A DNA stretch of 63,470 nucleotides, the filler included, from Octopus bimaculoides (lineage: Eukaryota), in NCBI RefSeq assembly GCF_001194135.2. It is 6 parts of 4 records of this genome, joined end to end, with 100 filler letters (N's around TTAATTAATTAA, not from the genome) between each part and the next. Parts side by side here need not be neighbours in the genome. Positions count along the whole stretch, not along the records: positions 47,526 to 57,800 come from NC_068984.1; positions 57,901 to 63,470 come from NC_068989.1; 4 more parts are not named here. The stretch is one strand, 5' to 3'. Position numbers and translations under genes: made by a program. The notes below the pieces were generated by a model that worked only from the letters and a program-made list of their open reading frames with translations, was not told where the DNA came from and searched no databases. Shown here one piece after another: positions 53,005 through 63,470 of the stretch (within the stretch, counting starts at the first letter, position 1; every line of letters begins with the position of its first letter).

Positions 53005-53539
53005 GTTAGAAAATAATATAAAAACTTCTTTCGGTAGGTCCCTAGCAAAAAGAGGCACATAACGTATGGCTTATCACAGCAAGACTACACAACTTTCACC
53101 CTCTCAACACAGAGAGACAAATTTCTTTACTCTTTTTCTCTCCTTCCATCCGTCTTCTAGCAGTCACTCACAGATGAACTTAACTACCTACAGAACGAAT
53201 TCCTCGTAATCCAAATTCGGCTCTATTTCTTTTTCGCTTGGCCCCTGGCAAAAAGGAACATTTTTACGTATGGCTAATCACAGCGTGACTACACAACTTT
53301 TACCCTCTCAACACAAAGAACTATATTCTTTTATTCTTTCTTTCTCCTTCCTTCCCTCTTATAGCAGTCACTCACATATGAACTTAATTACCTACAAAAT
53401 GGATAGCAGAGCAGCAAATAATGTATACAAGTTGTATCTTACAATGCAACAATAAAATAAACGACCATATCAGTTAATTATTTTTCTTCTGTCGTTTATT
53501 TGGTATATACAAATCGTTACAAACATATAAACGATAGGG

Positions 53540-54619
53540 CCTATCCCAGAGCTATACGGTCGCTATTTGGATGATTGTATAGGCGTTACCTCCCTCTCCT
53601 GCGAACAGCTCTCCCATTTCATTTCTAACTTCCACACTTCTCTCCACTTCACATCTACCACCGCTGATACTTCCCCGATAAACTTCCTCGATATCTTTCT
53701 TTCCATTGATCCCCTCACTCACTCTCTCACTACCTCCACCTTTTGTAAACCCACGGACTCCCAACTCTACCTTAACTTTTACTCCTCCCTCTTCTCCCAC
53801 GCCAAACAGGCCATCACCTACTCCCAGTTTCTCCGACTCCGACGCCTGTGAAGCTGTAACCAGGATTTTGATACCCAATTACAATACCTGGCCCTCTTGT
53901 TCATGCGTCTGTGGTACCCTTCCACCCTTGACCAAACTGCCCTTACCTGCGCTCTTCAAATCGATCGCACTACCACCCTCTCTCCTTCCCTACACCGATC
54001 CCCCAAACGCATCCCCTCTCCCCTCACCTTCCACTCCTCCACCCAACCTCTTCGTCGGAAGATTCTAGGAGGCTTTTATCACCTCCAGCTAGATCCCACC
54101 ACCCATCCTATTTTTTCCCAACCCACCCTTGCCCGTCTTCAAACGCACCTGTAACCTACGCGACCTACTGGTCCGTAGATCCCTCCCATTCCATTCCAAC
54201 CCAACCCGGATCTTTCCTTTGCTTCAGACCCTGTTTCCATACCTGTCCTTTTATCACCCACACCACCTCCCTCATTGAATCCAACTAGCACACCCTCTAC
54301 GTTAGGAACTCCTTCACCTGCTCTTCTGCTCTTCTTTTACTACATCAGGTGCACTCTTTGCAATAAACTTTACGTTGGTCAGACGAGCCACAGGCTAGCC
54401 GACCGGTTCATCGGACACCCACGAGACGTTCGTCTACGTAAGAACACTCCCGTCACCCGTCATTTTCACTTGGCCGACAACTCTGCCTCATATATTACCG
54501 TCTTTGGCCTTGCCTTACACCACGGATCGACAAACTCTAGACTCCACCTGGAACAGCGTTACATTTTCACTCTACGTACCCAAACTCCTTTCGGACTCAA
54601 CACAAGCTCCTCCTCTTAG
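53540..54619 (+). mobile_element. Penelope-like retroelement, 3' part (RT domains 5-7, thumb, GIY-YIG endonuclease), disrupted
   Basis: GRYLDDCIG, INFLDIFL, TFCKPTDSQLYL...YSQFLRLRRL, then YYIRCTLCNKLYVGQTSHRLADRF...LEQRYIFTLRTQTPFGLN*; internal stops and frameshifts. Confidence 0.9.
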
Positions 54620-54699
54620 TGACATTCTCCACACACTTTAAAAAAAAATTTTTATCAACTTTTTCATCCCCTTTTTTAATTGATTTTTTATTCGTTTAT

Positions 54700-54715
54700 C
54701 GCTGTTTTATTATTA

Positions 54716-54772
<57 letters not shown>

Positions 54773-54774
54773 CA

Positions 54775-54834
<60 letters not shown>

Positions 54835-55090
54835 TTATTATTATCATCATTATTTTTGTATTATTATATTATTTTTCAATGATTTAAAAATAATTTTTAA
54901 AAATAAAAATTTAATAATTTAATTATTTAAAAAAATTTTGATTAGTTTAAAATATATTTTTAATAATTTTTAAATAATAATTTAATAATTTAATAATTAA
55001 ATAATTATTTTAATAATTTAAAAATAAGTTTTTAACAATTTTTTAATAATAATTTGATAATTTTAAAAAAATGAAAAAAAAATTTTTAAT
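54700..55090. repeat. (ATT)n decaying into an almost pure A/T tract
   Basis: Read directly; follows the PLE stop codon by about 80 bp. Confidence 0.9.
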
Positions 55091-55399
55091 AACACATCTG
55101 CGCGTACACACACACACCAACACACACGCGCACTCACACACATGCACTCACACACGCACACACACTCATATACACGCCTGCACACATAATACCCACACCC
55201 TTGGCTACACCATTGCATCCACACACACTCCTTCTCATCCTTCTACAGCCACACCCACCCATTCTCACATCCCCTTCTGACTGCCCCTGACCCGCTATTG
55301 ACCCTTCCTTCTACGTACACACGCAAATACGCACTAGCAGATAATGATATTTTATGATTTTTACTTTTCACTGCGGTACTGTCATTAGTCTTACTAGAA

Positions 55400-55630
55400 A
55401 AAGTAAAGGTAAGGTTACCTTTTCGAGCCATGCCAACTCATAAGAGCCGGCTTCCTGGTTTCATGGCATATAAAATCCCTACCTGAACGGGGTGCTGGTC
55501 TTTCGCGGGATTACTCATTTTTGCCAGCTGACTGAACTGGAACACAACGCGTCCCTCGGTCCCGGAATCGAAACCACAATCTTACGATCATGAGTGCTAC
55601 ACCCTAACTACTAAACCACGCGCCTCCACA
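55400..55630 (-). mobile_element. SINE related to family C with an alternative tail
   Basis: GGAGGCGCGTGGTTTAGTAGTTAGG...GTTTCGATTCC...CAGCTGGCAAAAATGAGTA...GAAACCAGGAAGCCGG. Confidence 0.7.
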
Positions 55631-55659
55631 AGTCTTGTTACATTTTTAATGTTCCTCCA

Positions 55660-55830
55660 TGTTTAATAGGGACTAGTCGATGAGGGATATCGAAGATGTT
55701 GTTCTTTGTTGTGTTTCTTGTCACAAAGTAGATTCATATGGATTCCTTGACAGTAGAAGGTCCAGTTGAGTTTTGAAGACAACTACATCCGCACCATCGA
55801 GGGCTCTTAACTCGATCTATAGGAAATGGA
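55660..55830 (-). mobile_element. CR1-group LINE ORF2 C-terminal remnant
   Basis: DGADVVVFKTQLDLLLS...QETQ resembles CR1-group C-termini. Confidence 0.45.
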
Positions 55831-55939
55831 AGATCTGTAGGCTTTTAAACCTTAAACTAGACGCAAAAGTGAATGGTGAAGGTAGATAACACAACAGAGG
55901 CGTGAGTCTGATCTTTGATATAGAGACTGCATGTACACA

Positions 55940-55993
<54 letters not shown>

Positions 55994-57086
55994 NNNNNNN
56001 NNNNNNNNNNNNNNNNNNNNNNNNNNNNNNNNNNNNNNNNNNNNNNNNNNNNNNNNNNNNNNNNNNNNNNNNNNNNNNNNNNNNNNNNNNNNNNNNNNNN
56101 NNNNNNNNNNNNNNNNNNNNNNNNNNNNNNNNNNNNNNNNNNNNNNNNNNNNNNNNNNNNNNNNNNNNNNNNNNNNNNNNNNNNNNNNNNNNNNNNNNNN
56201 NNNNNNNNNNNNNNNNNNNNNNNNNNNNNNNNNNNNNNNNNNNNNNNNNNNNNNNNNNNNNNNNNNNNNNNNNNNNNNNNNNNNNNNNNNNNNNNNNNNN
56301 NNNNNNNNNNNNNNNNNNNNNNNNNNNNNNNNNNNNNNNNNNNNNNNNNNNNNNNNNNNNNNNNNNNNNNNNNNNNNNNNNNNNNNNNNNNNNNNNNNNN
56401 NNNNNNNNNNNNNNNNNNNNNNNNNNNNNNNNNNNNNNNNNNNNNNNNNNNNNNNNNNNNNNNNNNNNNNNNNNNNNNNNNNNNNNNNNNNNNNNNNNNN
56501 NNNNNNNNNNNNNNNNNNNNNNNNNNNNNNNNNNNNNNNNNNNNNNNNNNNNNNNNNNNNNNNNNNNNNNNNNNNNNNNNNNNNNNNNNNNNNNNNNNNN
56601 NNNNNNNNNNNNNNNNNNNNNNNNNNNNNNNNNNNNNNNNNNNNNNNNNNNNNNNNNNNNNNNNNNNNNNNNNNNNNNNNNNNNNNNNNNNNNNNNNNNN
56701 NNNNNNNNNNNNNNNNNNNNNNNNNNNNNNNNNNNNNNNNNNNNNNNNNNNNNNNNNNNNNNNNNNNNNNNNNNNNNNNNNNNNNNNNNNNNNNNNNNNN
56801 NNNNNNNNNNNNNNNNNNNNNNNNNNNCGGCTCGCTATCTACTAGTCATTTCGAACATTCAACGACAAAATTAATTTTCAAAGACAGTTGTTCCTATAAA
56901 TTCCAAAATAAAATTTTGGATTTATGGAGGGTCAAAGTTGAGAACAAAAACAGGACAGTGGAGACATACAAAGAAACCGAACGAAAACAAGCATGGAGGG
57001 TCGTTAGACCAGAACAAGAAGAAAGCTGGGAGAAATATTTTCTTTGAAAAGAGAAAAGATAGAAGAGAGAGAGAGGGAGAGAGAGT

Positions 57087-57130
<44 letters not shown>

Positions 57131-57352
57131 GAGAGAGAGAGAGAAAGAGTGAAAGAAAGAAAACGTCCAGTCCTTAATATATATATATATATATTCTAAT
57201 TACATGTGTATGTTCCTTATGATAAACAATGGCTAATGAATCAATATAGGCGAAAATATTGTTATCGAAGATATATTCTGTCAGTCATCTTGTCATTTGC
57301 ATAGGCGGATGAGTTATCACCCCATTTTGGTTCCCTGCTTGTGCAAGTATTT

Positions 57353-57710
57353 TATAAGGTGGTCCAAAAATCTTGTCATTCCCTACCGTAAAGTAATGAG
57401 AACAGTAGAGGAACAATATAATAATATCAAGCACATGAACTGGTTTTAGTATATTCATTTTCATTGACACTGACACTGTCACTCATCGGGAGGGTCTGTA
57501 CGAACACCATCTTTCTCATGTCACAAAATGATGTGGCTCCATGTCCTGTGGTATTTTATGAAGCTATGCTTTGGTGATTGTTGCAAAAACTGCCGAAACA
57601 GCGTCCTTCAACTGTGGGGTATTCTGGCATCACTCTTGTGAAGCCATCTTCATAATAGAAAATTAAATTAATATTTATAGGTGATGACAAGAATTTTGGA
57701 CCACCTTGTA
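57353..57710 (-). mobile_element. Tc1/mariner-superfamily MITE or internal-deletion derivative
   Basis: TIRs TAtAAGGTGGTCCAAAAATCTTGTCAT / ATGACAAGAATTTTGGACCACCTTgTA (about 25/27 match), TA at both ends; internal minus-strand QLKDAVSAVFATIT...HRTWSHIIL*HEKDGVRTDP. Confidence 0.85.
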
Positions 57711-57769
57711 CTATTCTGCTTCTATACTACAACGCTCTCCTGATACTCACACACACGCACACATAAATA

Positions 57770-57800
<31 letters not shown>

Positions 57801-58886
57801 NNNNNNNNNNNNNNNNNNNNNNNNNNNNNNNNNNNNNNNNNNNNTTAATTAATTAANNNNNNNNNNNNNNNNNNNNNNNNNNNNNNNNNNNNNNNNNNNN
57901 AGAGTTAGTAATTTTCTAGTCCTCAAAAACCGTAATTTAGTCCGATTTGCATGTTTTATGCCTCATTGATTACGAATCTGGAAAAATAAATAGTAGGGAA
58001 GTTAATGATCCCTCTCCCTTGTGCAAATTTTCAGTTTTGCATTTATTTTTGTTATTTTTGTAATTTCAGTTTTGCATTTATTTTGTTTTTAATGAAATTC
58101 GTTTGGTTTATGTTGCACATAATGTTGAAGTTGTAATCTCAAACATTTAAAATACATATCTAGTTTTGTCTTGGTAGATTCGTAATCTTCGGTGCTTAAA
58201 ATAGAAAATATTCAGAGAAATTTTCGTTTTTGACATTACTAGATAACTTTGACTTTATCCTCTAGGATTGCCAAGCTTCAAATTCAAAAGGCAATTTGCG
58301 GGATCGAATCGACGGGAGAGCACTTTTTCTCCGAGACAGAAGTAGCAATGGTAGATAACTCTGTTTGATAAATTATCTGTGAAATAATAATTTGCAAATA
58401 ATAATGGGAAATGAGTCGATAACATCGACTCTAGTATTTAAAATGAAGTACCAGTTAAGTACTTGAGTCGACTGCTTTGACTAAAACATAGAACATTGCT
58501 GGTCTTGTACCTAAATCAGAGACATTACTGTCATACAGAGTTATCAACCGTTGTTTATTCAGTCAAGTAACAGGAAGTAGGCTATGCACACTTACACTCA
58601 AACTCACACTTATAGTCGTATATGGTTTACACACACATATTACCATACATATATACATAGTACAGTTGATGCGCATACATATAGACATACACGCACACAC
58701 ACCATATTGACTTAGATGCATAAACACATAGTAAACACGCATATTCGCATACATGTATATAAATAAAACATAAAAAACAGACAGAGTTGGAACTCTTTTA
58801 AATAATATATTCCTCTATACACGATCATACAAAACCCTTGTTTTGTATATATTTTTGTATTTTTATTTTTTATATTTATTTTTATT

Positions 58887-58918
<32 letters not shown>

Positions 58919-58988
58919 CATACACAGTACGCATAGATCGTATATGAATACATGTATACACACACTCACACACATACACACACATGCT

Positions 58989-58997
58989 ACCGGAAGT
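58989..58997 (+). promoter_or_regulatory. ETS-type site (ACCGGAAGT) about 160 bp upstream of the AP4E1 ATG
   Basis: Exact CCGGAAGT motif at a position typical of housekeeping-gene promoters; function is inferred only. Confidence 0.35.
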
Positions 58998-59151
58998 TGT
59001 TGATGTTTATAAGATCCGAGTTTGTTTTTCTCTTTCTCTCTTAAACAGTCGATCTTTGTTTTTTTGCGATGGTTTCTATAATTTATTTAGTGATGACAGC
59101 GATTTAATGGAAATTAGAACATTAATGTGACAAAGCGTAGCAGCAGGAGAT

Positions 59152-59337
59152 ATGTCTGATATAGTAGAGAAGACACTAAGTTCGTTACCGCGATTATTAA
59201 GTGAAAATCTGCTCGGTGGCCTCACCTCACCCACATCAAGCAATGGTGCCAACAGTGGCGGGTACCAATACGGCACTGGACTCTCCAGGGGATTCTATAA
59301 CCTCATGCGAAATGTGGAATATGCGAGATCGGTGGCG
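59152..59337 (+). CDS. AP4E1: AP-4 complex subunit epsilon, coding exon 1
   Basis: MSDIVEKTLSSLP...GLSRGFYNLMRNVEYARSVA (62 codons) followed by a GTGAGT donor, phase 0. The N-terminus matches human AP4E1 MSDIVEKTLTALP as recalled. Confidence 0.93.
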
Positions 59338-59761
59338 GTGAGTAACAATCTATAATAAAGACAGATGACTAGAAAGAAAAAAAGGAAGCCAGGATGTGTG
59401 TGTGTATGCGTGTTTAGCCAGTCTTTCGACAAATATACCAGGGCATATTTTTTCTGACTTATAAATGACTATATACATACATCTACACACGCTTATATAA
59501 TTCATTTTTTGGAACAGTGTAAATATTAGGCAGAAAGACCCTTTTTTGATTGAAAAAGTCGAAGACTGTCTGTCCTTGGGACGTCAACGTGTAGAAATTG
59601 TTTTTGTTCGTTATAGTAATTATGCAGCATTGATTATTTCTCAATTTAACTCTGGCAACTATATCAGCGAGAGACTCTCTCCCTCTCTCTATATATACTC
59701 ATACACACCTGATTTACAGTCTTTTAATTACTAATTTGTGGCAGTAAATAAAATAATAAGC

Positions 59762-59945
59762 TATTCTTCCAAACTTTGGCACAAGACCAGCGATTTCGAG
59801 GATAGGGGACAAGTCGATTACATTGACTGGTACGTTATTTTATCGACCTAAATAGTATAAAAGCAGGATTTGAACACACAATTGCAAGAAATGTCGTTAA
59901 GCATTTTTGTCCGACGTTCTAACGATTCTGCCAGCTCGCCACCCC
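59762..59945 (-). mobile_element. SINE family B in AP4E1 intron 1
   Basis: Diverged reverse-strand copy. Confidence 0.65.
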
Positions 59946-60928
59946 CGAAGCACTAATTCATTATATGAACACTTAAATATATATTTCGAATGGTTTGACT
60001 AATTATATTTATAATCAGTTGTTGACAGATTTTGTATTTCTGCTGTTAACATACGATATATCGTTTTAACATTATAGTAGTTGTTTTATACCTTCAGAAA
60101 TTTACAACTTTTAGAAGTTGTAATGTTGCGATACTAGAATAATACTCTGGGGTCCCTCTGAAGATGTTTCTCTAAATTGAACTGATGGCTGAGTTTCGGA
60201 TCATGCACCTCAACTCTAACTTTTTCACTCCGTATCAGTTCTTAGTTTGAAAACTACGGTTGTTGACTTCATATTCACTCTTTCCTCTGTTTATAAAATC
60301 ACTAGTAGTGTTGTATAAGGGGAAGCTATAATACCCTTACAAGTGTATTCTTTTGTGTCTATGTAAGACATCAAATACAAAAGTTTCTAGTGCCCTTCCC
60401 CCTCTCTGTCTTTCTCTCAAGTAATCAATCAGTTTGAATGTGACAAAAATAATCTGCTTTAATTCACCATCAATTTTCCCATAAACAACCCTGAGCCAGC
60501 AAAATAGCCTCTTTCTCACTAATTGCTTAGCCTGCATGCAAGAAAAATCAGCTAAAGTTTCTCAGGCCTTAAAAAATAAAAATATATAGGTCACATTGTA
60601 CATGTAGTTCTAGATATACAAGAAGAAAGAGATTAGGGCATCTTTAATCATTAGCCTGCACCATCAGGTCTGACACAGAGGATAAACGATTTGTCTAATC
60701 TAAAATTTGAGTGGTTCCTAACTAGAGTATAGAAACAGATCTAGGCACTGAACTCATACCCACCTGATAAATTACAACAATTAGCACTTAATGTAAGACC
60801 TTAAAGTGTTTATTTTGCTATTGGGTAATAGACATTATTGTTCCTGTTACTTCCATCAGCTTTATTATTATGGAGATCAGCCATTGTATGTTCATGACTG
60901 TTCATCAAATTATATTGTCAATTTTCAG

Positions 60929-61000
60929 AAAGAACAGCTTATTATACAAAAAGATCTCTCGGTTGTACAACAGAAATTATCTCAACCAGATATATCAACA
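60929..61000 (+). CDS. AP4E1: AP-4 epsilon, coding exon 2
   Basis: attttcag|KEQLIIQKDLSVVQQKLSQPDIST|gtaagt; 72 nt, phase 0/0. Aligns without gaps to human EEEKLIQQELSSLKATVSAPTTTL. Confidence 0.92.
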
Positions 61001-61379
61001 GTAAGTATATTCTGTCATCAGTTAAACATCATTTATTTTAACACACATTTCAGTATCATCCTGCTAAACTTTATTCATTTTAACACACATTCAGTTTTAT
61101 CTTGCTACCTTCTTTTGGTAAATAAAAGAATGCATATTTCCTTTGTCTGATGTCTGTGGTGAATAACAGAGAGGTAGATAAAGTTCCAAAGACTCCTCCA
61201 TTCAAACTCTTGTGGAAGGCAGTTTTACTAATCTCCAGTAAATTATCTAAAAGGAAGAGGTGAGAGTAAGATTGATGTGGCTGAATGAGTTTGTCTGAAT
61301 ATGAAAATGTAACCCACAGACTGTGTGTGTATATATATACATACATATATACACACACACCTTGCTTCTTTCAGTTTCT

Positions 61380-61600
61380 TATTTCTCTATTGCCCACATG
61401 GGGCTAAACATAGAGGGGACAAACAAGGGATTAAGTCGATTACATCACCCCCAGTGTGTAACTGGTACTTAATTTATAGACTCAAAAGGATGAAAGGCAA
61501 AGTCGACCTCGGCAGAATTTGAACTCAGAACGTAGCGGCAGACGAAATACTGCTAAGCATTTCGCCCGGCATGCTAACATTTCTGCCAGCTCACCACCTT
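61380..61600 (-). mobile_element. SINE family B in AP4E1 intron 2
   Basis: Well-preserved reverse-strand copy. Confidence 0.85.
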
Positions 61601-61984
61601 AAGGTTCTGTCTACCAGATCTGATTGAGTTGATGCTATAGTAGAAAACTCATACCCAAAGTACGTCAAGCAATTATGCAGAACCACCTTTGTTGTCTCAG
61701 TAAACCATATACTGTTATTAGAGGGAGATTTAGCTATTATTTCTTGAAGGTCACAAACTACAGAATGTTTCTCTTGTGTTTAAGGTTATTATAAAGTTTA
61801 TATTAAGAAATATCCTTACTCCTGCCATTATGTTTCAGTTTCATTTCTAAAAGCACATCAATTCATTTTGCTGACACTAAACACAACAATGCATAAAATT
61901 ATAAACTCTGCAACGATCTGAACCTTAAATCAAGCCTGTTGATCCCATTAAAACCATTTTTTTCTTTTTGTAATCTATTAACAG

Positions 61985-62108
61985 CATCAGATCCGGGATT
62001 ACTTAACCCGCCTCATATTCTGTCACATGATGGGTTATGATACATCTTTTGGATATATCCATGCTGTGAAACTCGCTCAACAAGGAAGTGGTTGGATGAA
62101 GTGGATGG
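61985..62108 (+). CDS. AP4E1: AP-4 epsilon, coding exon 3 (Adaptin_N start)
   Basis: ctattaacag|HQIRDYLTRLIFCHMMGYDTSFGYIHAVKLAQQGSGWMKWM-G|gtaagt; 124 nt, phase 0/1. Matches human VRLIYCEMLGYDASFGYIHAIKLAQQG. Confidence 0.97.
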
Positions 62109-62214
62109 GTAAGTTGAAATCTAGCTCATAAAATGTATTTTCATATCTATGGATCCAACGTAGACAATTTTTACACACACACACACACGTGTGCACATGC
62201 TCATGCACACACAT

Positions 62215-62390
62215 ATAACAAGCTTCTTTCGGTTTCTGTGCACCAAATTCATTCACAATGCTTTGGTTGACTTGGGGCTATAGCAGAAGACACTTGGCTG
62301 AAGTGCTTCTCAGTTAGACTAAACCTGGAACTATGTGGTTGGGGAGTTGTTAGAAGCAAGCTTCTTAACCATATAGCCATACCTGCATTG
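62215..62390 (-). mobile_element. SINE family A in AP4E1 intron 3
   Basis: Reverse complement of the family A head and body. Confidence 0.7.
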
Positions 62391-62819
62391 ATATCTATGT
62401 ATAGGAACATACACACACACAAACACAAACACACACACAAATATATATAAAACCTCCTTCATCACTACAAATCTTTGTTATCCCCTATCCACACATGACA
62501 TCGCATCATTTTCTCTATAATACTTTCCAAACTGAACTAACAAATTCATTCTATGACCAGCAAGGGTTATACAATCATGTAGGTGCACATGCCATTGGCT
62601 TTTGAATGTTGTCATTTTTTGCAGTCACCTGATGAAGATGGTTCTTTCTAAGGATGTAATGTTTCCTTTAATCAATTAAAAATTCATTAGAAACAACTGG
62701 AGTGAATTGACACATTATCCATCTGTTTTATATATATATATATATATGTACATGCACATTGTATATATGGATATAATATATATATGTACACACACATTTA
62801 TATATGTGTATGTAATATA

Positions 62820-63120
62820 TATATATAAAAATGAGAATGTGTGTCTGTCTGTCTGTCTGTCTGTGTGTGTGTGTGTGTATCCCTAAAACTCGAGAACTAC
62901 GCAACCAATTTCATTCAAATTTTACACATGCCTTACTTAGGGTTCCAGTTGTGTTTTAGTCAAAAAAATTTTTTAACTTCTTGCAGAGTTCGAGCCCACG
63001 GCAACATAATATCTCCTCCACTATTTAAGTATTACGTGTCAAAAGTGAAACAAAAACACTCATGTCAAATACTTTCACTTTAAAAATGAAACTATTCCAC
63101 TAACTGAAACAATCACATTT
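62820..63120 (+). mobile_element. non-autonomous Helentron/DINE-like element (HINE) in AP4E1 intron 3
   Basis: ATATATAAAAATGAGAATG-(TGTC)n-...AACTACGCAACCAATTTCATTCAAATTTTACACA, resembling DINE/Lep1-type rolling-circle MITE 5' ends (recall). Confidence 0.45.
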
Positions 63121-63470
63121 CAATACTGTAATGACATACTTTCAGAGAAAGAGAGAGAGAGAGATGTATATGTATACATATAGATGTATATGTACACGTT
63201 ATTCCTCTAACTGAAACAATCACATTTCAATACTGTAATGACAGATATTTTCAGAGAGAGAGAGATGTATATGTATATATATATAGATGTATATGTACAC
63301 GTATATGTATAGATATATATGCATACATGTATATGTATACATATGTGTAGATGTATATATATATAGATGTACATGTAATATGTACACATATATACATACA
63401 TACAGATATCTATACATATATACACCCATCACACACATACACACGGACACAAACACACACATTAGTCATT

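Noticed and set aside
61169-61261. Exon-like segment EVDKVPKTPPFKLLWK... with a GTGAGA donor in AP4E1 intron 2
   Set aside because: Phase 2/2 does not fit between phase-0 exons 2 and 3, and it has no adaptin similarity.
62629-62660. CTGATGAAG here and CTGATGAA at about 42329 as hammerheads
   Set aside because: No convincing stem II plus GAAA and no stem I partner.

Overview
Eukaryotic, AT-rich, repeat-saturated scaffold. The SINE content, the (ATT)n/(TATG)n microsatellites and the TTAATTAATTAA gap linkers suggest an Octopus draft assembly (inference). One gene is confidently recognisable: the first three coding exons of AP-4 complex subunit epsilon (AP4E1) on the + strand at 59152-62108, continuing past the window. 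The rest is mostly transposon debris: about 45 tRNA-derived SINE copies in at least 4-5 families, R4/Dong-type LINE 3' ends that abut (TAA)n, CR1/L2 and Tx1-like LINE fragments, Penelope-like (RT + GIY-YIG) fragments, five mariner remnants, a Tc1/mariner-type MITE and a Helentron/DINE-like element. The most interesting signal is a set of short repeats with minimal type I hammerhead-ribozyme folds. One (20406-20456, minus strand) has every stem intact but carries the core GUGAACA instead of CUGANGA, i.e. a compensatory G3:C8 swap that standard motif searches would miss. Weaker signals suggest an unidentified gene around 16-28 kb. Repeat boundaries are by-eye estimates, and family and protein assignments come from motif recall, not database searches.
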